In this document: positions 15,915-24,254 of the stretch, piece after piece
How the letters are laid out: every line of letters begins with the position of its first letter
Numbering within the stretch: position 1 is the first letter of the stretch
Origin: Candidatus Sungiibacteriota bacterium
GTDB taxonomy: Bacteria > Patescibacteriota > Minisyncoccia > Sungbacterales > SURF-37
Length of the DNA: 36,998 nt
NCBI GenBank assembly: GCA_016203665.1
Contig: JACQMJ010000007.1
Coordinates: 1-36,998 of the forward strand
Direction: 5' to 3'
Program-made: the position numbers and the translations under genes
Notes under the pieces: model-generated
Database searches by the model: none
Seen by the model: only the letters and a program-made list of their open reading frames with translations
What the model was told of the DNA's origin: nothing

Positions 15915-17033
15915 ATGCGCATAGCCTTTACCGGCGGCGGGACAGGCGGTCACATCACTCCCATCATCGCCGTGGCCCGCGAGATACGGCGCATCGCCGA
16001 GGAGGAGCGCATCCTTGATCTTGAGCTGTATTACTTCGGCCCGGAGCTCCTGCCGGCCGAGCTGGCCGAGGCGGAACAAATCATCTCGAGCCGCATCCGG
16101 GCCGGCAAGTTGCGCCGCTACTTTTCGCTTTGGAATTTCACCGATGTCTTCAAGATCGCTTTCGGCATATGCGAGGCGCTCTGGAAGATGTTCGCGGTCA
16201 TGCCCGACGCCCTTTTTTGCAAGGGCGGTTTCGGGAGCTTCCCTTTGGCGCTCGCGGCGCGAATCTACCGCATCCCGGTTATGGTGCACGAGTCCGACGC
16301 TCGGCCCGGGCAGGTCAACCGCTGGGCCGGGCAGTGGGCCAGGCGCGTCGCCATCTCCTTTGCCGGTGCGGCCGAATACTTTCCGGCCGAGCGCACCGCG
16401 CTCACCGGCGTACCCATACGGAGCCGCATCAGCGGCGGCAGCCGCGGCGAGGCCGAGGAGGTGTTCGGCGTCTTTTCCGGGCGGCCCGTCATCTTCGCTA
16501 TGGGCGGCTCGCAGGGTGCGGCCATCGTCAACCGGACGCTCGTTGAGGTCCTGCGCGATCTCCTAGCCAGGTACGAGGTCATCCATCAGGCCGGCCCAGA
16601 ACGCTATGAAGATTTGCGCCTCGAAACCATGCCGCTTGTTGAGCGGAGCGAGGCGGCCTACTACCACCTGGTGCCGTTCCTGGATGAAGATCAGATGCGC
16701 TCGGCCTATTTCCTGGCCGACATGATCGTGGCCCGCGCCGGGGGAACGGCCATCTTTGAAATCGCCGCGGCCGGCAAGCCGGCCATCCTGGTCCCCATCA
16801 AGATCGCGGCCCAGGACCACCAGCGCGCCAATGCCTACGAGTACGCCCGAACGGGTGCGGCCATCGTCATTGAAGAGGATAACCTGACGCCTTCCGTGCT
16901 GGCCCATGAAATCCATACGCTCATAGCCGATCCGGCCCGGAGAGCGCGCATGACCGAGGCGGCAAAGTCTTTTGCCAAGCCCGACGCGGCCCGCACCATC
17001 GCCCGCGAGCTCCTTTCACTCGGTTTGCATTAG
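15915..17033 (+). CDS. murG: UDP-N-acetylglucosamine--N-acetylmuramyl-(pentapeptide) pyrophosphoryl-undecaprenol GlcNAc transferase
   Basis: MRIAFTGGGTGGHITPIIAVA N-terminal signature in dcw context. Confidence 0.92.
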   Translation: MRIAFTGGGTGGHITPIIAVAREIRRIAEEERILDLELYYFGPELLPAELAEAEQIISSRIRAGKLRRYFSLWNFTDVFKIAFGICEALWKMFAVMPDALFCKGGFGSFPLALAARIYRIPVMVHESDARPGQVNRWAGQWARRVAISFAGAAEYFPAERTALTGVPIRSRISGGSRGEAEEVFGVFSGRPVIFAMGGSQGAAIVNRTLVEVLRDLLARYEVIHQAGPERYEDLRLETMPLVERSEAAYYHLVPFLDEDQMRSAYFLADMIVARAGGTAIFEIAAAGKPAILVPIKIAAQDHQRANAYEYARTGAAIVIEEDNLTPSVLAHEIHTLIADPARRARMTEAAKSFAKPDAARTIARELLSLGLH

Positions 17034-17066
17034 CTTTACGGATTACTGGTTAATACGGATATAAGG

Positions 17067-18491
17067 ATGTCTTCACCAACAGTAAGAACCCGTTTTGCCC
17101 CCAGTCCAACCGGTCCGCTCCATGTCGGCGGCGCGAGGAGCGCTCTCTTTAACTACCTCTTCGCGAGAAAGCACGGCGGGAAATACGTGCTCCGCATCGA
17201 GGATACGGATCTTGAGCGTTCCGATCCGGAGTATGAAATAGATATTTTCGAGAGCTTCCGCTGGCTGGGCATCCATGCCGATGAAAGCCCCGAGGAAAAC
17301 GGCCCTTATGGGCCCTATCGCCAAACCGAGCGGATTGGCGCCTATCGCCCTTACCTCGAGCGCCTGATCAGCTCGGGACATGCTTATTATTGCCCTCATA
17401 CGGAAGAAGAACTCGAAAAAGAAAAGAAAGACCTCATGGCCTCGGGCAAAAATCCTGTTCATATCTGCTCCTATCGCGATAATTCTGCGCCGGCCGATAA
17501 TAAAAACGGTATTATCAGATTCAAAACACCGCCCGGCCGTATGCTGGAATTCGACGACCTTATCCGCGGGCCGATATCATTTCGGTCCGATCTCCTAGGC
17601 GATTTCTCAATTGCGAAAAATTTCGAAACGCCGCTTTATAATTTCGCGGTAGCCGCAGATGACCATGACATGGAAATATCCCATGTCATCCGCGGCGAAG
17701 AACACATTTCAAATACCCCGAAACAGATGCTTATTGCCGAGGCCCTTGGATTTACGCTTCCGGTCTTTGCCCATCTGCCGCTCATCCTCGGCTCCGACCG
17801 TACCAAGCTCTCCAAGCGCCACGGCGCTGCTTCCGTGCGCGAATTCCGGCAAGACGGCTATCTGCCGGAAGCCCTGGTAAATTTTATGGCCTTGCTGGGA
17901 TGGAACCCGGGGCATGACCGCGAAATTTTCTCGCTCAATGAACTTGTCGAGGCCTTTGACATTTCGGACGTACAAAAATCCGGAGCCGTGTTCAACCGCG
18001 AAAAGCTTGATTGGATGAATGGCGAATACATCCGAAAGAAAACGGTAGACGAACTCGTACCGCTCGCAAGATCATTTCTCCCGGAATTCTCCGATGAAAA
18101 GATCGCATCGGCTCTTTTACTTGAACAGCCGCGTCTGGCCAAATTATCCGAGCTTCCCGAACGGGCCTCTTACTTAGGAGAAGATCCTGACTACGAAACA
18201 TCGCTCCTGCGTTGGAAGGATATGAGCGATAAAGAGATACAAGAATCGCTGGAGCAGGCGCAAAAAATCATTGAGGACGTTCCTGAAAACTCATTTACTC
18301 CCAAAGAGTTGGAGCACCGGTTCCTTGAAGCCATAGGAGCAGGGGATAAAGGAAAAGTCCTTTGGCCGCTTCGCGTCGCTCTGACCGGAAAACGAGCTTC
18401 ACCCGGGCCGTTCGATATCATGGCCGTCCTTGGCAGTGAGGCCACGCGTTCGCGAGTGCAGAAAGCCCTCAAAAAAATAAGCCGGCCCTGA
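17067..18491 (+). CDS. gltX: Glutamate--tRNA ligase
   Basis: RFAPSPTGPLHVGGARSALFNY (HIGH region) and KLSKR (KMSKS). Confidence 0.93.
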   Translation: MSSPTVRTRFAPSPTGPLHVGGARSALFNYLFARKHGGKYVLRIEDTDLERSDPEYEIDIFESFRWLGIHADESPEENGPYGPYRQTERIGAYRPYLERLISSGHAYYCPHTEEELEKEKKDLMASGKNPVHICSYRDNSAPADNKNGIIRFKTPPGRMLEFDDLIRGPISFRSDLLGDFSIAKNFETPLYNFAVAADDHDMEISHVIRGEEHISNTPKQMLIAEALGFTLPVFAHLPLILGSDRTKLSKRHGAASVREFRQDGYLPEALVNFMALLGWNPGHDREIFSLNELVEAFDISDVQKSGAVFNREKLDWMNGEYIRKKTVDELVPLARSFLPEFSDEKIASALLLEQPRLAKLSELPERASYLGEDPDYETSLLRWKDMSDKEIQESLEQAQKIIEDVPENSFTPKELEHRFLEAIGAGDKGKVLWPLRVALTGKRASPGPFDIMAVLGSEATRSRVQKALKKISRP

Positions 18492-18508
18492 TACCATAGA
18501 GCGCACCA

Positions 18509-19825
18509 ATGAAAGGTTCGTTTTCATCTATTGTATTATCAGCGCTGCTCCCTCTGGGAGCACTGCTTTTTGTCGCATCATTCGCGGAGCCACTGAAGAG
18601 CGAAGCCCAGACGCTGGGGCCGGCAGAAAATGGGGGAGGGGATATCCGCGATCAAATAGATGATAAAAACCAGGAAATAAAGCGCCTGGAGGCCGAGGCG
18701 GCGAAGCACCGCGCCGCGCTCGATGAAATCGGCCGTGCCGCCGACACCCTCGCCTCGCAAGTTGCCGCGTACGAGCGCGCCATTAAGAAGCTTGATACTG
18801 ACATCCGTCTCACCAGCGCCAAGATCAGCCGCACCAATCTCGAGATCCGCGAGCTGGCCGCCGGCATCCGGGAGAAGGAAACGTCCATCGAAGCCCAGCG
18901 CGAGCGGCTCGGCATTCTCGTCACCACGCTCGCCGCGGGCGAGCGTGAAACGCCGCTCGAGGTCCTCATGAAGAACGAAACGCTTTCTGCGTTCTTCTCA
19001 TCACTCGATGCGCTCCGCGGCGTCCAGCGCGACCTCCTCGCGTTACTGGCCGAGCTTCGCAGCACGCGCCAGGAGCTGAAAGACCGTAAAACTACGGCCG
19101 AGTCAAAACGCCTCGAGCTTTCAGCGTTGGCCGAGGATCTCGCTGACCAGAGACAGCTCCAAGATCAGCAGCGCCGCGAGCGCGCCCAGCTTCTCGCCGA
19201 GACTAAGAACCAGGAGCGGCGCTATCAACAGCTCCTGGCCGAGGTTGAGCGCAAGCGCGACGCGCTGCAGCAGGAGATCAATTCACTCGAGTCCGGCCTG
19301 AAACCCGATTTTGACCGTTCGGCTCTGCCCGCGCCGGGGCAGGGGATCCTCGGCTGGCCGCTGCCGAATCCCATTTTCATCACTCAATACTTCGGCAACA
19401 CCTCCTTTGCCCGCTCCGGCGCCTACAGCGGCAAAGGGCATAACGGCATTGATCTCCGCGCCGCGGTCGGGACGCCGATTTTTGCCGCGGAGCGGGGAGT
19501 GGTGCGGGCGGTAGGGGATACGGACCTGGGATGCCGTCGCGCCTCCTACGGGCGCTGGATCCTCATTGACCATGATAACGGCCTCGCCACCCTCTCGGCC
19601 CACCTCTCGCTCATCAAGGTCGGCGCGGGCGACGGCGTGAACCGCGGGGAGCTCATCGGCTATTCCGGTAAGACCGGCTACGCCACCGGTCCGCACCTCC
19701 ACCTTTCCGTCTTCGCGCGCCAGGCCGTGAGCGTGGGCCAGCTCGTCAGCCGCGTCTGCGGACGCACCATGACCCTGCCGCTTTCGCCATTCGGCGGCTA
19801 TCTGAATCCGCTAGACTTTTTCTAG
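18509..19825 (+). CDS. M23 family metallopeptidase with an N-terminal coiled coil (EnvC-like architecture)
   Basis: Signal/TM segment, long heptad-rich region, GHNGIDLRAAVGTPIF and GPHLHLSVF motifs. Confidence 0.88.
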   Translation: MKGSFSSIVLSALLPLGALLFVASFAEPLKSEAQTLGPAENGGGDIRDQIDDKNQEIKRLEAEAAKHRAALDEIGRAADTLASQVAAYERAIKKLDTDIRLTSAKISRTNLEIRELAAGIREKETSIEAQRERLGILVTTLAAGERETPLEVLMKNETLSAFFSSLDALRGVQRDLLALLAELRSTRQELKDRKTTAESKRLELSALAEDLADQRQLQDQQRRERAQLLAETKNQERRYQQLLAEVERKRDALQQEINSLESGLKPDFDRSALPAPGQGILGWPLPNPIFITQYFGNTSFARSGAYSGKGHNGIDLRAAVGTPIFAAERGVVRAVGDTDLGCRRASYGRWILIDHDNGLATLSAHLSLIKVGAGDGVNRGELIGYSGKTGYATGPHLHLSVFARQAVSVGQLVSRVCGRTMTLPLSPFGGYLNPLDFF

Positions 19826-19847
19826 TCTTCAAACGTCCGCCAAAGTC

Positions 19848-20831
19848 ATGCGCGCCTTTTTCCAAACCCTGCTCCTCCTCGCCGCTGCCGTTATCGCCGC
19901 CAAGGTGACGCTCTATGCGCGTCAAGGGCCGATTATCCGCGAACCGACGCCGACAGCCGAGGTGCGGGGCATCGAATCTCCCATTCCAGCGCGCCCGGTT
20001 CCGCCGCCCGCGCCTTCGCCTCCGCCGGCAAAGCCCAAACCACCGCACGCGCCAAAAGCATCTCCGCCGCCCCAGTCGCCGCCGGTTCCGGCGGCCGTCG
20101 AGCTCCCTCCGCCGCCATCTCCAAGTCTGACGAACCAGCAGTTTTACGAGCGCTACGCCGGCGCCGTGGTTCAGGTTTTCTGCCGGACCCAGCGGGAGAT
20201 TTTTGCCGCATCGGGTGTCATCGTGAACGAGCGCGGCCTCGTGCTCACGAACGCCCACGTGGCCGAGATCGTCCGCGCGAGCGGCGCCGAAAACTGCCGC
20301 GCCCGCCACGAAAATCCAGCCAGTGAGTTCGCCAAGCTCGAGATCGTCTTCATTGCCGATACTTCGCTGAAAATAGCGGACACCGCCGTGTCGCAGCGCG
20401 ATGTCGCGTTCCTGCGGCTTATTGAGCCGACCGAATCATTTCGTTTCGCGCCCATTGCCGTCGGCTTTGTCGAGCGGGGTATAACACTCCTCACTCTCGG
20501 CTATCCGAGCGAGTTTCTGGAGAGCATTTCCACGACCCAGCATTCAAATCTCGTTTTCTCAAGCCTCCGCGTGGACGACTACGTGGACGTTGACGGCAAT
20601 GCGGCAACGGCCGAGGCCTATGATTCCAAGGGCGGCATTGCGCTCCAGCAGGGGAGCTCCGGCACCGCGCTCTTCACACCGTCGGGCGAAGTCGTCGGCC
20701 TCATCTTTGCGACGACTAAGGGTGCCACCACGGCCGATCGCGAGGGCATCGCTCTTACTACGCCCTACATTGATAAAATCATGCGGTTGGAAGCAGGGGA
20801 GGGGCTCGTAGAGTTCATAACGAGCCGCTAG
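19848..20831 (+). CDS. Trypsin-like serine protease with a Pro-rich linker
   Basis: Signal/TM segment, PPPAPSPPPAKPKPP linker, and triad contexts TNAHV, DVAFLRL, GSSGTALF. Confidence 0.8.
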   Translation: MRAFFQTLLLLAAAVIAAKVTLYARQGPIIREPTPTAEVRGIESPIPARPVPPPAPSPPPAKPKPPHAPKASPPPQSPPVPAAVELPPPPSPSLTNQQFYERYAGAVVQVFCRTQREIFAASGVIVNERGLVLTNAHVAEIVRASGAENCRARHENPASEFAKLEIVFIADTSLKIADTAVSQRDVAFLRLIEPTESFRFAPIAVGFVERGITLLTLGYPSEFLESISTTQHSNLVFSSLRVDDYVDVDGNAATAEAYDSKGGIALQQGSSGTALFTPSGEVVGLIFATTKGATTADREGIALTTPYIDKIMRLEAGEGLVEFITSR

Positions 20832-20966
20832 GCATGCGACCGCCGCATGATCTATTTTTGGCGAGCCGCCCGGGCAGGTCAAAAACTTCCGATCGTTAAA
20901 TTTTGACCGTAGCCGGTCGCATAACCTCCTTTCCCATAACCTCCTTTCAATGGTGGTACGGTTTTA

Positions 20967-21917
20967 CTATGCGTTTTTGCCGTGAAACTTTTTATGGATT
21001 TCCCGGAGTTTTTTACTCGTGACGTGGGCGTAGATTTGCGTCGCGGCAATGCTTTTATGTCCAAGGAATTCTTGAATAGTTCTTAAATCCACGCCCTGGT
21101 TCAGCAGATCCGTGGCAAAGCTGTGCCGCATGACGTGCGGCGTGGTGTTGGGCGGGAGGCCGGCGAGGATGGCATAGCGCTTTATCATTTTCTCAACGGA
21201 TCGCACGGTCAGCCGCCGCGGCGCATGGCGCGGGCCGCGGAAGTTTATAAAAAGCGCCTTTTCCTGGTCAGTACGCGCTGCCAAGTACCGCCGGAGCCAT
21301 TCCAGTGCCCGCTCCGAAAAGTAAACAGTACGGACTCGCTGTCCCTTGCCGATGATCCCGAGCTCGAAATCTCTTGTTCCGGCGCGGAGTCTAAGCTGAT
21401 TTCGATTCAGGGATACAAGTTCCGCGACGCGCATCCCGGTCGAAAAAAGAGTTTCCAACATGGCGCGATCCCGGACGCCTTGCGGCGTATGAATGTCCGG
21501 TGCGGCGAAAAGCTTTTCCAGCTGGTCCAGGAGAAGAAAGCGGACTTGGCGCTCGGCTTTGTCCCGCGCAAGGGTTACTTTTTCCGCGGGGAGCGATAAA
21601 ATGTCGCGGTGCGAAAAATAGTTGAGCAGGGACCGCAGAGCTATCAAATAGTAATTTTGGGTGGATTTTTTGAGAGGCTGTTTAGTACGCGGAAGGTACT
21701 GCCGCGCCAGGAAAACGCGGTAGTTCCAAATGTGGTCGGGAGAGAGTTCATGGGGTTTTAGATGCTCCAAATTTTTCAATTTAAGCCATTCTAGAAATTT
21801 ATTAAGAAAGCGTGAGTAGTTTTCTTGGGATTTAGAAGATAAACCGCGTTCCACATCCAGCCAGTCTAGAAAATCAGCAGCATGGCGGGGGATAGGTTGG
21901 GCGCTTGGTTTTAGCAT
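20967..21917 (-). CDS. Tyrosine recombinase, XerC/XerD family
   Basis: SAM-like N-domain. C-terminal RHSFATDLL and GHKSIAATQIYAHV give the R..HxxR..Y catalytic signature. Confidence 0.9.
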   Translation of the reverse strand: MLKPSAQPIPRHAADFLDWLDVERGLSSKSQENYSRFLNKFLEWLKLKNLEHLKPHELSPDHIWNYRVFLARQYLPRTKQPLKKSTQNYYLIALRSLLNYFSHRDILSLPAEKVTLARDKAERQVRFLLLDQLEKLFAAPDIHTPQGVRDRAMLETLFSTGMRVAELVSLNRNQLRLRAGTRDFELGIIGKGQRVRTVYFSERALEWLRRYLAARTDQEKALFINFRGPRHAPRRLTVRSVEKMIKRYAILAGLPPNTTPHVMRHSFATDLLNQGVDLRTIQEFLGHKSIAATQIYAHVTSKKLREIHKKFHGKNA

Positions 21918-21930
21918 CGGGTGTCTCTTA

Positions 21931-21958
21931 AAGTCGCTTAAGTATAATTATGCGAACA
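21931..21958. other. dif-like recombination site candidate adjacent to the xer gene
   Basis: AAGTCGCTTAA-GTATAA-TTATGCGAACA. The reverse complement of the right arm, TGTTCGCATAA, matches the recalled E. coli XerC arm GGTGCGCATAA at 9/11; the other arm matches at 6/11. Inner arms TCGCTTAA / TTATGCGA are inverted around a 6-bp spacer. Lies 14 nt upstream of xer. Confidence 0.35.
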
Positions 21959-22040
21959 ATAGGATATTCGTGCAACACCCTTATCCCCAACCCAATGGCT
22001 CCATACCTCATAATAAGCGGTAGCTTTGATCTGATACGTC

Positions 22041-22080
22041 GGCATTAAAAAGAGCGCCAGGGGGTTACTCCACTGGCGCT
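22041..22080 (-). terminator. Rho-independent terminator of the 22065-22472 gene (stop codon in the loop)
   Basis: AGCGCCAG / CTGGCGCT stem, followed on the minus strand by CTTTTTAAT. Confidence 0.6.
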
Positions 22081-22472
22081 ACGAGCTCCGTGAACAATTG
22101 CTGGTTCTGGCGGATGTAAGCGATCAGGCCGAGGAGCGCGGTATGGCACTCCTTGCATTCACCGATATGCAGGAGCGTCCGCTCGTCTTCGTCCGGCGGC
22201 AGCTGGAGCCGCAGGTAGGCAGGGATGTGCGCTGCAACCCAGGCACATGGCAGGGTATGCATCTCCTGGAGGTGGCGCCAGTAGCTCCGCGCTCGCCAGA
22301 AGTCCTCCGGATGCTCCAGGCGGCCGATGAGGTACAGGCGCGCGCCGAGGGTGGGGTCGCAGGACTTACAGGCTATCTTCGGGTATTTAGGCTCGAGTTC
22401 TTCGTCCCCTTGCTCTGTATCCTCTTGCTCTGCCACGCCGGTTACTCTCCCCGGCAAGCCGTTGGGCTCCAC
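22065..22472 (-). CDS. Small cytoplasmic protein with a C-terminal ZAS-type (zinc anti-sigma-like) C-x25-H-x3-C-x2-C motif
   Basis: GTG start with GAGGTGA SD. CAWVAAHIPAYLRLQLPPDEDERTLLHIGECKEC has the same spacing as the recalled RsrA C11/H37/C41/C44. Extra CKSC pair near the N-terminus. Confidence 0.6.
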   Translation of the reverse strand: MEPNGLPGRVTGVAEQEDTEQGDEELEPKYPKIACKSCDPTLGARLYLIGRLEHPEDFWRARSYWRHLQEMHTLPCAWVAAHIPAYLRLQLPPDEDERTLLHIGECKECHTALLGLIAYIRQNQQLFTELVAPVE

Positions 22473-22507
22473 TGATCAATCACCTCGCTCTCTCCGGGTG
22501 CTAACCT

Positions 22508-22618
22508 TTTCACCCCGTTACAATCCGGACGCCCCACCCTTTAGGGCGGGGAGGAAGGGCGAATCCCACTGCCCCATTGGAAACCCCGGCCTTTAGGTCG
22601 GGCTGTAACGGGGTTCAC
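22508..22618. repeat. Nested hairpin element, copy A (outer stem ACCCCGTTACA / TGTAACGGGGT; two inner CC-TTTA-GG hairpins)
   Basis: Outer stem at 22512-22522 / 22604-22614. Inner hairpins at 22532-22551 and 22585-22602. Flanks match copy B at 30061-30118. Confidence 0.75.
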
Positions 22619-22667
22619 TTTCATTTAAGACGGCATCTCCGGAGAAAAAGTTTCATTGCGCCGCCGG

Positions 22668-22698
22668 CAAAGAGAAAGGCCGGGGATGCACCCCGGCC
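22668..22698 (-). terminator. Rho-independent terminator of the 22722-22964 gene
   Basis: GGCCGGGG / CCCCGGCC stem, then on the minus strand TTTCTCTTTG. Confidence 0.65.
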
Positions 22699-22721
22699 CT
22701 GGATCAAGAGCTTGCCCGCCG

Positions 22722-22964
22722 TCAGACTGGCGGAAGGAGCACTTCGGCGAGTCGGTACCAGAGCCACCCTCCGGATACCGAGCCGAACCGCCCGAGGAGC
22801 GCCCATAGGCCAAGGGCGATCGCTGCGGCGATGGCTGCGTTGACGAGCGTCAGTCGTTCGCGCTTCTTGTGGGTCGCGGCCGGGAGGAGAACTCGGCCGG
22901 GCGGGCTACCACCTCTTTGCGCAATCCGGCGGCGTTCCCCCGCTGTTAGCCGTGTAAGCGCCAT
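22722..22964 (-). CDS. Small membrane protein (80 aa, one TM)
   Basis: GGAGGGGGTGAG SD, its own terminator, and TM LTLVNAAIAAAIALGLWALLG. Confidence 0.6.
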   Translation of the reverse strand: MALTRLTAGERRRIAQRGGSPPGRVLLPAATHKKRERLTLVNAAIAAAIALGLWALLGRFGSVSGGWLWYRLAEVLLPPV

Positions 22965-23039
22965 TGGAGCTCACCCCCTCCGTTGTCTTTGCCCCCACCC
23001 TACCCTACAATCAGGGCAATTCAACCTGGGAAATCCACA

Positions 23040-24254
23040 ATGCGCACATCCTACTCGGCGCTGGAAACCTATAAGCTCTGCACGCAGAAATTCAAGTTTC
23101 AGGTCATTGACCGCATCCCGGCGTCAAAACCCAAAGCCGCCATCTTCGGCACGCACGTGCATAGGACCCTGCGCTATATGTTTTCGGCCGATCCCCTCTT
23201 CCCCACTCTGGATCAGGTGCTGGATTTTTTCCGCAATAACTTCCCTCCGCCGGATCAATTTGACGCCTCGCCCGAGGAAAAAGATCTCTATCTCGCCTCC
23301 GGCGAGCGCATGCTGAAAAATTTTTACGCCCGAAACGCGCCCTGGAACTTCTCGGTTGTTGATCTGGAATCCCATTTTGAAGTTCTCATGGAGGATACGC
23401 GGCGGCGCGAAACGCACGTGCTGGCCGGCCGCATTGACCGCATTGATAAGACCGCGACGGGTTATGAGGTGATTGATTATAAGACCAACCGCCGCCTGCC
23501 TTCGCAGGCCGCGGTGGACGCTGACCTCCAGATGTCCATCTACGCCCTGGGATTGCAAAAGCGCTGGCCGCACCTGGAACCAGAGGATGTTACCCTCTCG
23601 CTCTATTTCCTGAAGCACAGCGAGAAGCTCTCCACGCGCCGCACGGCCGCATCAGCGGCCGAGACGGCCCGCGAGGTACTCGGCGCCATTTCGGAGATTC
23701 AGGGCAAGCTCGCGTCGGGCGAACGCTTCGAGCCGATCCCCGGCCCGTACTGCGCCGTCTGTCCGTACCAGCCAATCTGCCCGGCCTGGCGCCACCTCTA
23801 CCGGAAGCAGGAAGCCGGAATCAAGAGCCAGGAAGAAATTGACGCCGCCATCAAAGAGTACTTTTCGCTCCTGAAGGCCCGCGAGGCGCACCAGGCGCGC
23901 CTGGACGAGCTGAAATTGCAGATTCGCGCCTATATGGAAGCCCAGGGGTATGACCGCCTCTTTGGCGAGGACGGCTACATCGCCCGCACGGTCCAGAAGC
24001 GCTTCGGCTACGATTTTGATAAGGTGCGTGCCGTACTCGAACCGCTTGGCAAGTGGCCGGAGATCCTCGTAGTCGATAGTAAACGTCTGAAGACACTTCT
24101 GCCGGCGATCCCGCCGGAGGCGCGTTCCGCCATCGCCGAGGCGAGAACGCTCATCCGCGAGTTCACCGTGCTCACGGCCAGCGCGAAAAAAATTCCGGCG
24201 CCGGAATCTGCTAGGGCGGCATCTGTTCCACCCCCACCGCAGGAGCCGGCGTAG
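23040..24254 (+). CDS. PD-(D/E)XK nuclease, Cas4/AddB-like with Cys cluster, plus a roughly 150-aa C-terminal extension
   Basis: MRTSYSALETYKLC, GTHVH, GRIDRID, VIDYKT, QMSIYAL, and CAVCPYQPIC (1+3 Cys as in 4Fe-4S Cas4-type nucleases). ATG at 23040; the track start 22983 is TTG. Confidence 0.85.
   Translation: MRTSYSALETYKLCTQKFKFQVIDRIPASKPKAAIFGTHVHRTLRYMFSADPLFPTLDQVLDFFRNNFPPPDQFDASPEEKDLYLASGERMLKNFYARNAPWNFSVVDLESHFEVLMEDTRRRETHVLAGRIDRIDKTATGYEVIDYKTNRRLPSQAAVDADLQMSIYALGLQKRWPHLEPEDVTLSLYFLKHSEKLSTRRTAASAAETAREVLGAISEIQGKLASGERFEPIPGPYCAVCPYQPICPAWRHLYRKQEAGIKSQEEIDAAIKEYFSLLKAREAHQARLDELKLQIRAYMEAQGYDRLFGEDGYIARTVQKRFGYDFDKVRAVLEPLGKWPEILVVDSKRLKTLLPAIPPEARSAIAEARTLIREFTVLTASAKKIPAPESARAASVPPPPQEPA

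Noticed and set aside
19746-20309. 187-aa minus-strand ORF
   Set aside because: It is antisense to the serine protease gene. Its poly-Arg stretches mirror the Pro-rich linker on the coding strand.
22260-22262. Internal Met71 as the true start of the ZAS-like protein, which would give a 65-aa ZAS-only peptide
   Set aside because: The only SD-like AGGAG abuts the ATG with no spacer, whereas the GTG at 22472 has GAGGTGA at a workable distance. I kept the longer ORF, with moderate confidence.
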